Shown piece after piece: positions 56,019-64,000 of a stretch of 64,000 nt of DNA; position 1 is the stretch's first letter; every line of letters begins with the position of its first letter. A model generated the notes under the pieces. It saw only the letters and a list, made by a program, of their open reading frames with translations, ran no database searches and was not told the DNA's origin. Location: positions 10,986 to 74,985 of the forward strand of contig JAJRQO010000006.1 of assembly GCA_024280215.1 (NCBI GenBank). The letters are read 5' to 3'. This DNA is from Candidatus Zixiibacteriota bacterium. GTDB taxonomy: Bacteria; Zixibacteria; MSB-5A5; GN15; FEB-12. Both the position numbers and the translations under genes were made by a program.

Positions 56019-56053
56019 GAAAAAAATAGCCCCGTAAGAAATTTACAGGGCTA
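56019..56053 (-). terminator. rho-independent terminator after pepF
   Basis: The stem tagccc / gggcta has a 16-nt loop. On the minus strand it is followed by TTTTTTT. Confidence 0.55.
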
Positions 56054-56104
56054 AAATTGTGTACCCTTCGACTCCGCTCAGGGTGACAAGTCAGTTAGTT
56101 GCGA

Positions 56105-57988
56105 TTAGCTTTCGTCTAAAAGACGTTCTAACTCATCAACAAGTTCACCAAAAAGAGCAAGAGTGCGATCGACCGCTTCTGACTCTGTAAGATTAACACC
56201 AGCAGCTTTGAGAATATCAACTGGATAGGCTGATTTTCCAGTCTCAAGGAATTGATGATAAGTTTCCAAAATGCCTTCGTCTCCATCTAATATCCGTTGT
56301 GAAAGCATCTGTGCAGCAGCATAGCAAGTGGCGTATTGATAAACATAATACTGACGGTAGAAATGCGATATTTTCATTCCCGACATATCATTATGTTCAC
56401 CAATGACTAATTCAGGACCATAGTATTTTTGGTAAATATCTCTATATGTTTTTTTGAAATAGGAAACTGATACCGCTCCACCATTTTCAACATGATTATG
56501 AATTGCAAGTTCAAACTCAGCAAACATAACCTGTGTAAAGAAAGTACCTCTAATTTGGTTGATATACTGATTGAGAAGAATAATTTTTTCTTCTTTTGTC
56601 TTCGCATTTTTCATCATGTATTTCATAAGGACAGCTTCATTACATGTTGATGCGACTTCAGCGGTAAACAACGAATGTCCAGAGTATGGATATGCTTCAT
56701 TGCGATTGGTGTAGTAACTGTTCATTGCGTGACCCATTTCATGGGCAAGGGTAAAGACATCATCCAAACGGTTGTTGTAGTTCATGAGAAGATATGGATG
56801 TGAAGAGTAGGTCCCCCAGTTGTAGGCACCAGATCCTTTTCCTTCAGTTTCGTAGACATCAACCCATCCAGATGAGAAGGCTTGTTTGAAATCATTTATA
56901 TATTTTTTCCCAAGAGGTTTTAAACCTTCAAGAAGCATTTTCTGAGCATCGTCATAAGAATACTCTTTGGTAGATTTCGGGCCTAATGGAACCGACATAT
57001 CATAGGTGTACAACGTGTCGACTTTAAGAATTTTTTTACGTAAACGAGTTAGCTTATGGAGAGTTCCAATGTTGGCATTGACGGCTTCGATTAGTGAGTA
57101 GTATACATCAGTAGGGATATTATTGTCAGCCAATGAGTATTCAAGACAGTCTTTATAGCCACGTGTTTTAGCAAGGAAGACATCTTTTTTTACAGAGCCA
57201 CCCATAGTAGCTGCTAAAGCATTAATGTATTTCAGATATTGGATTTGTACAGTGTCATTAGCAGCGCGACGAACATCACGAGAGCTTTCTTCCATGATGC
57301 GAGAATAACGCCCCCATGTCAACTCAAGCGGGTTGCCATCATCGTCGATAATTGTACCAAGTTTCAAATCAGCATTTTCAATCATGTTAAAAACATTACT
57401 TGCTGTTGATGTGATAGCACCTGCGGCAGCTAAAATAGCTTCTTCTTTATCTGATAAAATATGTGCTTTTTGACGTTGTAAATCTTCAAGATTAAAACGA
57501 TACAAGTCTAACTCTGGGGTTGATTTCAAAAATGACTGTAATTTATCACCAGGGATTGTAAGTAGTTCTGGACTCATAAATGAAACCGCTGTGGAGAACT
57601 CATCTGCCAAAGCACCAACTCGACCACCAAGTTCTTGGTAATGAGACTGACGATTATCTTCATCAAGTTTCAAATATGCATATACATATAAGTTATCAAT
57701 AATAAGTTCAAGTGAATCCGAAAGTGACATGCACTCAAGAAGTATCGATGGGGAGTCGCCAAGGTGACCTTTGTATGCTTCAAATCGGGACAAATTATTT
57801 TTGATAACATCAAAATCTTTTTGCCATGCGATTGTGTCAGCATAAATATCTTCAACTTTCCATTTGTACTGATCGTCGATATCTGAGCGTTGGGGAATTT
57901 TTCCTGAATCTGCCAATACTGACGACATCGCCAAAAGGCTTATCAGGAGAAACAAGACAGATTGTCTTATTGTTGTTTTGAGTGTCAT
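56105..57988 (-). CDS. pepF: oligoendopeptidase F (peptidase M3B), secreted
   Basis: HEMGH zinc motif (TLAHEMGHAMNSYY), 627 aa, and an N-terminal signal peptide. Confidence 0.9.
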   Translation of the reverse strand: MTLKTTIRQSVLFLLISLLAMSSVLADSGKIPQRSDIDDQYKWKVEDIYADTIAWQKDFDVIKNNLSRFEAYKGHLGDSPSILLECMSLSDSLELIIDNLYVYAYLKLDEDNRQSHYQELGGRVGALADEFSTAVSFMSPELLTIPGDKLQSFLKSTPELDLYRFNLEDLQRQKAHILSDKEEAILAAAGAITSTASNVFNMIENADLKLGTIIDDDGNPLELTWGRYSRIMEESSRDVRRAANDTVQIQYLKYINALAATMGGSVKKDVFLAKTRGYKDCLEYSLADNNIPTDVYYSLIEAVNANIGTLHKLTRLRKKILKVDTLYTYDMSVPLGPKSTKEYSYDDAQKMLLEGLKPLGKKYINDFKQAFSSGWVDVYETEGKGSGAYNWGTYSSHPYLLMNYNNRLDDVFTLAHEMGHAMNSYYTNRNEAYPYSGHSLFTAEVASTCNEAVLMKYMMKNAKTKEEKIILLNQYINQIRGTFFTQVMFAEFELAIHNHVENGGAVSVSYFKKTYRDIYQKYYGPELVIGEHNDMSGMKISHFYRQYYVYQYATCYAAAQMLSQRILDGDEGILETYHQFLETGKSAYPVDILKAAGVNLTESEAVDRTLALFGELVDELERLLDES

Positions 57989-58105
57989 TTTTCTCCTTAG
58001 TTGATTTCACGTTTATTTCTGTGTATCTTTTCTTCATATTAAGACGCAAAAGATAGCATAAGGTTCAGTGAAATTAAACTGTTTTATGAAAAAAAGTGAG
58101 AAATC

Positions 58106-58507
58106 ATGTATAAAAAAGAATATTTTGTAACTTTACCAGATACCGATGCCGCTGGGATTCTCTTTTTTGGGAATTATCTGAAGTTAGCCCACGTTATCTA
58201 TGAAGAGTTTATGATAGAAATCGGATTCTCTCTGAGGCATATAATTGATGATGCCGAGTTTCTTATTGTCATTGTGCATGCTGAGTCTGAATATAAAAAA
58301 TCACTTTACTTAGGTGACAACTTTACTCTATCGTTGCAGGTGAGTAAAATCGGTCGGACTTCTTTTGAGCTGAGTTATACTTTTACAAATACCGAGAGTC
58401 AAGTAAGTGCAACGATGAAAACAGTGCATGTTGTTATTTCAAAAGAGAAAAAGAAACCAATTCGTATTCCAGAAAAACTACAAGAGCAGTTAACAAAATT
58501 TCAATAA
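58106..58507 (+). CDS. hotdog-fold (4HBT/YbgC-like) acyl-CoA thioesterase, probable 1,4-dihydroxy-2-naphthoyl-CoA hydrolase
   Basis: The DTDAAGILFFGNYLKLAHVIYEEF motif contains the catalytic Asp. The gene is convergent with and adjacent to the end of the men operon. Confidence 0.6.
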   Translation: MYKKEYFVTLPDTDAAGILFFGNYLKLAHVIYEEFMIEIGFSLRHIIDDAEFLIVIVHAESEYKKSLYLGDNFTLSLQVSKIGRTSFELSYTFTNTESQVSATMKTVHVVISKEKKKPIRIPEKLQEQLTKFQ

Positions 58508-58508
58508 T

Positions 58509-59804
58509 TTATTTTTTATTAATATAATTTTTGAGAAAGGTTCTGTTCAGTTTGATTCCTAATGATTGGTATGCATCGGGGAATTTATAAATCTCTTTCG
58601 GAATTTCAAAAAGCTGAACTTTAGTTTGTAAATATTCTTTCACTTGAGTAAGCAGTAACTCTTCGTTGTCATTTGTTTTATAAAACAGCACCACAACCTG
58701 TCCATACTCTTCACTGTTTTTAGGCACGATACAAACTTCAATAATATCTTCCATTTGCATTAATAGTTTTTCAATCGGCTCAGGATAAATATTTTCGCCA
58801 CCAGAGATAAACATATTATCTTTACGTCCAAGAACGTTCAAATTTATATGAGGGTCAAATGAACCTAAATCTCCCGTATGGAACCATCCATCATTGTCGA
58901 TAGAGATTTTAGCATTGAGATATTTTTTACAAAGCACCTCTCCCCTGACAAGAATTTCGTTATCATCAGCAATTTTTAACTCTCTATAGTTTAAAAGAGA
59001 CCCTGATGTTTTTAAATCATAGGCAGAAGCATTTGAAGATGTGGTTGTTACCTGCGATGTCATTTCAGACATGCCGTAAGTTTTGTAGATCGGAAGATTT
59101 AATTCTACAGCCTGTGCTATTAAGTCATCAGGAACCATCCCACCGCCTACTAATATCGCTTTAAGTGATTTTAATTTTTCAGGAAACAACATCATTCTTC
59201 TCAACTGAGTCGGCACAACTGATACATGGGTAATGTTATGTTTAGAAATTGCATTCTCTAACGAGAAAGATTTGTCGTAACCAACTAAAGTCGCACCCGA
59301 AAGCAAAGTTCGAAACAAAATCGAAAGTCCTCCGATATGATGCATCGGCAAAGACAGAAGCCATCTATCATTTTTTGCTAATACTATATTTTCATTAGAA
59401 CCTAAAGCCGAATAGTAGTGATTGCTATATGTATGTAATATCGCTTTAGGAATCGACGACGACCCTGAGCTGAACATAATTGTCGCATCTTCATCTGAAA
59501 ATAGTTCTTCCGTTTTTATTGAATTCAATAATTTCTTACTTTGATTTTCAGATAGTTGCTTCGAAAGCAAAACAGGGGTAGAACTATTATATAAATGTGC
59601 AAACAACAGGACAAGCGAATCAAGTGATCTATCAATATGTAAAGGCACAAAATTATTTGTATTAGTATCTGAATCGAATTGAGAGGCAACTGTTTTAAGT
59701 TGTTGAAAAAACTGTCCGTAAGTGAGAGAATGTTTGTTGTTAATATAAAACAAATTATCACTATACTTTTCAAATGCATCCCAAACAAATTTAGACGTTA
59801 TCAA
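58509..59804 (-). CDS. menE: o-succinylbenzoate-CoA ligase
   Basis: AMP-binding motif MFSSGSSSIPKAILH, YKTYGMSE and GDLG. It lies in the men operon. Confidence 0.85.
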   Translation of the reverse strand: MITSKFVWDAFEKYSDNLFYINNKHSLTYGQFFQQLKTVASQFDSDTNTNNFVPLHIDRSLDSLVLLFAHLYNSSTPVLLSKQLSENQSKKLLNSIKTEELFSDEDATIMFSSGSSSIPKAILHTYSNHYYSALGSNENIVLAKNDRWLLSLPMHHIGGLSILFRTLLSGATLVGYDKSFSLENAISKHNITHVSVVPTQLRRMMLFPEKLKSLKAILVGGGMVPDDLIAQAVELNLPIYKTYGMSEMTSQVTTTSSNASAYDLKTSGSLLNYRELKIADDNEILVRGEVLCKKYLNAKISIDNDGWFHTGDLGSFDPHINLNVLGRKDNMFISGGENIYPEPIEKLLMQMEDIIEVCIVPKNSEEYGQVVVLFYKTNDNEELLLTQVKEYLQTKVQLFEIPKEIYKFPDAYQSLGIKLNRTFLKNYINKK

Positions 59805-60870
59805 GTGTCACCTCGCTCAGTTTTGAGAAATCAATTTGTGTTGGCAATGCGACATAATTGGACAAATCTATTTTTCCGTTTGTAATAATAAGTCGGTTTT
59901 CTACTATGTCATCAGCAAACCAAGAGAGTGTATCAAGACCGATTGGGATCTTTGAATCTATAATAGCACCCATTGATGCCAAGAGATAAGTACCAAGTGA
60001 AGTTTCAAACGACGAGCTGATGACTGGTTGAATTCCCAACGCAAATGCTTTCTTGGCAAACATCATTGTATTTGTGTAGCCTAAAAGAGTTGGCTTGAGG
60101 ACTATCGCTTTTAGAGCATACATTTCATTAAGCATCTCAGGTTGTATCTCAGCAAGTGATTCATCAAGAGCAATCGGCATACTGTCCCCATGTTCAAGAA
60201 GCTGTTTTTTCGTCAGTTCAAAAGTTTCAAATGGTTCTTCGATATAATCAATGTTAAGATTTTTTATCTGTTCATAAAAAGAGATCGCTGTTTCATAATC
60301 GAAAGCACAGTTGGCATCGAGACGTATCAGCGAGTCATCACCAACTATCTGACGTACTTTATGAATAGTAGAGATTTCATCATCAAGATTACCTCGACCA
60401 ATTTTCATCTTGAAAGCCCTATAGCCGTCATCATAAAGACTTCTCACACGCTCAACAACTTCAGATTGACTACCTATCAGCAAGGCGTTCACCGAGACAA
60501 TTTGTTTGGCAGTAGGGTTAAGCAAGTCAACAAGTGTTAGTTTTTTTGATTGTGCCGTTATCTGCAAAAAGGCAGATTCAATCCCGAATCGCACCGATGG
60601 AGTATAGACTGTTAGCTGTTGTAAAATATCAGATGGTACAGGTTTGCCGGCAAATTTTTCTTTAAACGATACTACCTCTTTGATAACATCAGACATTGAT
60701 TCCATAGAAAAAGATGGGAGCGGAGCAATTTCTGAATATGCAGTTACATCTGTTTCCGTTTTTATTTCTATGACAAACCCTTCACGCTCTGCGATGTTTT
60801 TTTTGCCTAATTGAAGCTTTTTATAAAGCGGAAGTTTATAGGCATACAACTTGATTGTTTCAAGTATCAT
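59791..60870 (-). CDS. menC: o-succinylbenzoate synthase (enolase superfamily)
   Basis: MR/MLE-type metal ligands (RLDANCAF, YIEEP, ALDES). The ATG at 60870 forms an ATGA overlap with the menA stop. An alternative ATG lies at 60879. Confidence 0.85.
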   Translation of the reverse strand: MILETIKLYAYKLPLYKKLQLGKKNIAEREGFVIEIKTETDVTAYSEIAPLPSFSMESMSDVIKEVVSFKEKFAGKPVPSDILQQLTVYTPSVRFGIESAFLQITAQSKKLTLVDLLNPTAKQIVSVNALLIGSQSEVVERVRSLYDDGYRAFKMKIGRGNLDDEISTIHKVRQIVGDDSLIRLDANCAFDYETAISFYEQIKNLNIDYIEEPFETFELTKKQLLEHGDSMPIALDESLAEIQPEMLNEMYALKAIVLKPTLLGYTNTMMFAKKAFALGIQPVISSSFETSLGTYLLASMGAIIDSKIPIGLDTLSWFADDIVENRLIITNGKIDLSNYVALPTQIDFSKLSEVTLDNV

Positions 60871-61751
60871 AACACCCATCCAATCGCAAAAAGGATCGAA
60901 TAAACAAACAACAGTTTTCCTGTTTGTGCTAAAAGATTATTGAGCTCACGACCAGTTTTTGTATAAATATTTTTTACAACAAACAGAGCTGGAATAAGTA
61001 TAAGCAATGGTATCAAGTGAAAACTGTTTTCTGAATTCAAATATAAATATAACGGAACCATCGCACTACCTATGACAAAAAGTGAAAACTGCAACTTTGA
61101 AAATGCGATCCCAAACCGAACCGCCAATGTTTTTTTTCCTGAAATTGTATCCGATTCTATATCTCTTAAATTATTGACAACTAAAATAGCCGATGAAAGC
61201 AACCCAGGAATCAGACCTGCAATTAATACATTATTTGAAATTGTAAGCGTCTGCACATAATAAGTTCCACCTACGGCAACAGGACCAAAGAAAATCAGAA
61301 CAAAAACTTCGCCCAGACCGATATAGCCTATCGGATATTTTCCCCCAGTATAGAGAACTCCAAAAAGAATTGAACTTAGCCCAATAACAACAATCGGCAT
61401 TCCTGCACGAAAGACTAAAAATATACCAAACAGAAATGCGAGGGAAAATGCACCTATGGTAAGTTTTTTTACCGACTGCGGAGAGATAAGTCCTGCTTGG
61501 GTTACACGAGTAGGTCCGAGTCTGTCATCACGGTCGGATCCTTTTTTAAAATCAAAATAATCATTAGCAAGGTTGGTTCCAATTTGAATAAACAAGGCTC
61601 CAAAAAGTGCCGCTATGGCAGAGAGCAAATGAAAACCACCGTTCGCATACGCCATCGACGTTCCGATGACAACAGGAGCAGCGGCGGCTGGCAATGTTTT
61701 GGGACGAGCGGCAAGCCACCATAATCTTAGTCGTGTATTAGACATGAGCAA
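60867..61751 (-). CDS. menA: 1,4-dihydroxy-2-naphthoate polyprenyltransferase
   Basis: UbiA-family protein with WWLAARPKTLPAAAAPV and NLANDYFDFKKGSD. Confidence 0.9.
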   Translation of the reverse strand: MLMSNTRLRLWWLAARPKTLPAAAAPVVIGTSMAYANGGFHLLSAIAALFGALFIQIGTNLANDYFDFKKGSDRDDRLGPTRVTQAGLISPQSVKKLTIGAFSLAFLFGIFLVFRAGMPIVVIGLSSILFGVLYTGGKYPIGYIGLGEVFVLIFFGPVAVGGTYYVQTLTISNNVLIAGLIPGLLSSAILVVNNLRDIESDTISGKKTLAVRFGIAFSKLQFSLFVIGSAMVPLYLYLNSENSFHLIPLLILIPALFVVKNIYTKTGRELNNLLAQTGKLLFVYSILFAIGWVL

Positions 61752-61762
61752 TTGTAAATTGT

Positions 61763-62584
61763 TTATCCTCTTTTAGGGAATTTTGAAAAGTCAGGTTTAC
61801 GTTTTTCAACAAAAGCGTTGCGACCTTCCTGCCCTTCCTCAGACATATAAAATAACATCGTTGTGTTGCCCGCAAGTTCTTGCAAGCCAACTTGCCCATC
61901 ACAATCAGCATTCATGGCTGCTTTGAGACATCGAATCGCTATCGGTGAGTTTGCTAATATCTCCTGACACCATTTGACCGTTTCCTCTTCAAGTTGCGCG
62001 TACGGTACAACGGTATTGACAAGTCCCATATCGAGAGCTTGCTTGGCATCATACTGTCGACACAAGAACCAAATCTCGCGCGCTTTTTTCTGTCCAACAA
62101 TTCGAGCCATATAACTTGAACCAAAACCACCATCAAAGGAGCCTACTCTCGGACCTGTCTGCCCAAAAATTGCGTTGTCGGCTGCGATTGTTAAGTCACA
62201 CATCAAGTGCAAGACATGTCCACCACCAATTGAGTATCCCGCAACCATTGCAATAACAGGTTTTGGACAGGTGCGGATGTCACGTTGGAAATCCAAGACA
62301 TTTAAATGTTCAGTTCCATCACCATCCTGATAACCTGCGTCACCACGAATTGTTTGGTCACCACCCGAGCAGAATGCTTTTTCTCCTTCACCTGTTAAAA
62401 TAATAACGCCGATAGTTTTGTCCGACCGTGCATCAGCCAATGCGTTTATCATCTCTTTTACCGTGAGCGGTCTGAAGGCATTTCTTTTTTCAGGACGGTT
62501 GATTGTTATTTTTGCAATCCCATCAAATTTGTCATATTTTATATCGGTGTAGTCACCTGATTTTGTCCATTGAATTTCAGCCAT
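61763..62584 (-). CDS. menB: 1,4-dihydroxy-2-naphthoyl-CoA synthase
   Basis: Crotonase fold: [21 protein letters not shown], and [19 protein letters not shown]. Confidence 0.95.
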   Translation of the reverse strand: MAEIQWTKSGDYTDIKYDKFDGIAKITINRPEKRNAFRPLTVKEMINALADARSDKTIGVIILTGEGEKAFCSGGDQTIRGDAGYQDGDGTEHLNVLDFQRDIRTCPKPVIAMVAGYSIGGGHVLHLMCDLTIAADNAIFGQTGPRVGSFDGGFGSSYMARIVGQKKAREIWFLCRQYDAKQALDMGLVNTVVPYAQLEEETVKWCQEILANSPIAIRCLKAAMNADCDGQVGLQELAGNTTMLFYMSEEGQEGRNAFVEKRKPDFSKFPKRG

Positions 62585-62595
62585 AAATACCTCAT

Positions 62596-63381
62596 TTATT
62601 TTAAATAATTTATTACGATTTTATAAATTTGTTCTTCTTGCTCAAAATGCACATTATGTGAAGCATCGTCAATAATTTCATATGAGAAATTTTCATGTTT
62701 ATCAGAAATTTCATGAGCTATTGATTTGTACTTTTTATCTAAACTGCCAGTAATAAGTAGAACATCCGTTTGAATTTTATCGAGTGAATCCCATAACGAA
62801 GGCATCGCACCAGTGCCAAGATGTTTTAATGACAAGGCTAACTTCGATATATTGTTTTTTGATTTTTGTACAATCATATTTTGGAATGCGTCTGAAGTTT
62901 TATCTATTGATGAAAAGAGTTCAAGATTATACCAGTCTTCTAAAAACTCAACCATCGGTTGCATGGTCATTCTTTTTGATAGAAGCAAATCTTTTTGCTG
63001 ACGTTCAATTTTTTCTGATTCAGTTTTCAGACCTGGTGATGATGATTCGACAATAGATTTTGAAAAACTTTCAGAGTAATGCGTTAATAAATAGAACACT
63101 ACCCTTCCACCCATTGAGTACCCGTAGAGATGGGGTGATTTAATTTTTTCAGACATAAGAAACTTATTGATTGCTTCAGAAGTTTTTTCAATAGTATAAT
63201 CATCATCTTCGTCGCAACGAGTCTCACCATGCCCAGGTAGATCAAGAGCAATACAAAAGAAATTTTCTTGTAACTTCTCAGCAAGTGAATCGAAATCTGA
63301 AGATTCCCCCATGAAACCATGCAACATAAGAAGAGGTTGCTTCGTTTTATCGCCATACGTTTTAAAATGAAAATGTATCAT
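62596..63381 (-). CDS. menH: 2-succinyl-6-hydroxy-2,4-cyclohexadiene-1-carboxylate synthase (alpha/beta hydrolase)
   Basis: [11 protein letters not shown] and the nucleophile elbow GYSMGG. The ATG at 63381 lies 4 nt after the menD stop. The ORF track start at 63456 overlaps menD. Confidence 0.8.
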   Translation of the reverse strand: MIHFHFKTYGDKTKQPLLMLHGFMGESSDFDSLAEKLQENFFCIALDLPGHGETRCDEDDDYTIEKTSEAINKFLMSEKIKSPHLYGYSMGGRVVFYLLTHYSESFSKSIVESSSPGLKTESEKIERQQKDLLLSKRMTMQPMVEFLEDWYNLELFSSIDKTSDAFQNMIVQKSKNNISKLALSLKHLGTGAMPSLWDSLDKIQTDVLLITGSLDKKYKSIAHEISDKHENFSYEIIDDASHNVHFEQEEQIYKIVINYLK

Positions 63382-63385
63382 AGCC

Positions 63386-64000
63386 TTAACGTAATTTTTT
63401 AAGTTCGTTTCTGATTTTCTTTTGTTCGCATAGAAATTCGGAATCCTGACATGCAACTTCGATAAGAACCGTTTGGTTTATCGCTTGTGCTTTGATATAA
63501 ATTTCATGAAATTGTCTTGTGGAACTTATAAAATAATATGGAATATCATATTGTTTTGCGGTATATTTATATGTCATGCCGAGAGGAGTTCCAAAAAATT
63601 CTTCAAATATATTTTTATCTTTTGCTATTGGCAATGAAGAAAATATTTTACCACCATTATTATTGAGAAGAACTATAACAAGTGCCTGATTTGATTTTTT
63701 TACAAGTGCGAGAGAACCGATATCATGTTGAAATGCTAAGTCACCTAATAAAAGCGTTCCACTTTTATTCAAACCATTGGCGTAACCAATTGCCGAGGCA
63801 ATAGTACCATCAATACCTGAGAGTCCTCTATTAGCAATGACTTGAGTATTGTTACCAGAAACGTCGCCAAACATATCAAGTAGTCGTACCGACAAAGAAT
63901 TTCCGGAATAGACAAAGGAATTCTTTTTGATAGATTGCGTAAGTTGTCTTGCTATAGAAATTTCTGAGAACTTATAATTAAAACTTGAAATTTTCTTTGA
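63386..64000 (-). CDS. menD: SEPHCHC synthase (2-succinyl-5-enolpyruvyl-6-hydroxy-3-cyclohexene-1-carboxylate synthase), C-terminal part; the 5' end lies outside the window
   Basis: The frame is open to nt 64000 (SKKISSFNYKF...GNSLSVRLLDMF...). The TPP-binding motif is NRGLSGIDGTIASAIG...LLGDLAFQHD...NNNGG. Confidence 0.9.
   Translation of the reverse strand, partial: SKKISSFNYKFSEISIARQLTQSIKKNSFVYSGNSLSVRLLDMFGDVSGNNTQVIANRGLSGIDGTIASAIGYANGLNKSGTLLLGDLAFQHDIGSLALVKKSNQALVIVLLNNNGGKIFSSLPIAKDKNIFEEFFGTPLGMTYKYTAKQYDIPYYFISSTRQFHEIYIKAQAINQTVLIEVACQDSEFLCEQKKIRNELKKLR

Noticed and set aside
1-64000. I searched by eye for rRNA, tRNA (GGTTCGAATCC-type T-arms), tmRNA, RNase P or SRP RNA signatures, CRISPR repeat arrays, and transposase, integrase or phage genes.
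   Set aside because: None was found. All intergenic regions are short (under ~0.5 kb) and none shows periodic direct repeats or a tRNA-like cloverleaf. Running tRNAscan, Infernal and CRISPR finders would confirm this.

Overview
This is an AT-rich, gene-dense 64-kb chromosomal segment from a diderm bacterium. Diderm evidence: LptB, a TonB-dependent-receptor-like protein, a PorV-like outer-membrane protein, and many lipoprotein or 'AQ'-type signal peptides. A DUF5683-like protein, sigma-54 and dockerin-like secreted proteins suggest an FCB-superphylum-like lineage, but the taxon cannot be fixed from sequence alone. I support about 55 protein genes. I found no rRNA, tRNA, CRISPR array, transposase or integrase by eye.

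Housekeeping blocks:
- a complete menaquinone operon menD-H-B-A-C-E (58.5-64 kb, minus strand) with a divergent hotdog thioesterase
- gyrA
- lptB-rpoN-hpf
- asnB
- an Fe-S carrier pair (Mrp/NBP35-DUF971 fusion plus Nfu)
- GDP-mannose dehydratase/reductase and other nucleotide-sugar genes
- ferritin, pepF and crcB

The stand-out region is 13.0-19.3 kb on the minus strand. Four paralogous small secreted proteins with DUF4402/SCPU-like hallmarks are followed by a PapD-like periplasmic chaperone candidate and an 865-aa usher-like outer-membrane protein. I read this as an uncharacterised archaic-type chaperone-usher pilus locus. It has an internal terminator, a recent tandem pilin duplication, one subunit lacking the putative donor strand, and a 14-bp perfect inverted repeat bracketing one pilin gene.

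A second notable item lies at 6.5-9.8 kb. Two adjacent secreted proteins share a cysteine-bracketed double EF-hand (dockerin-like) C-terminal module, and one of them also carries a cohesin-like module.

All family assignments come from motifs read in the supplied translations. No database search was run.
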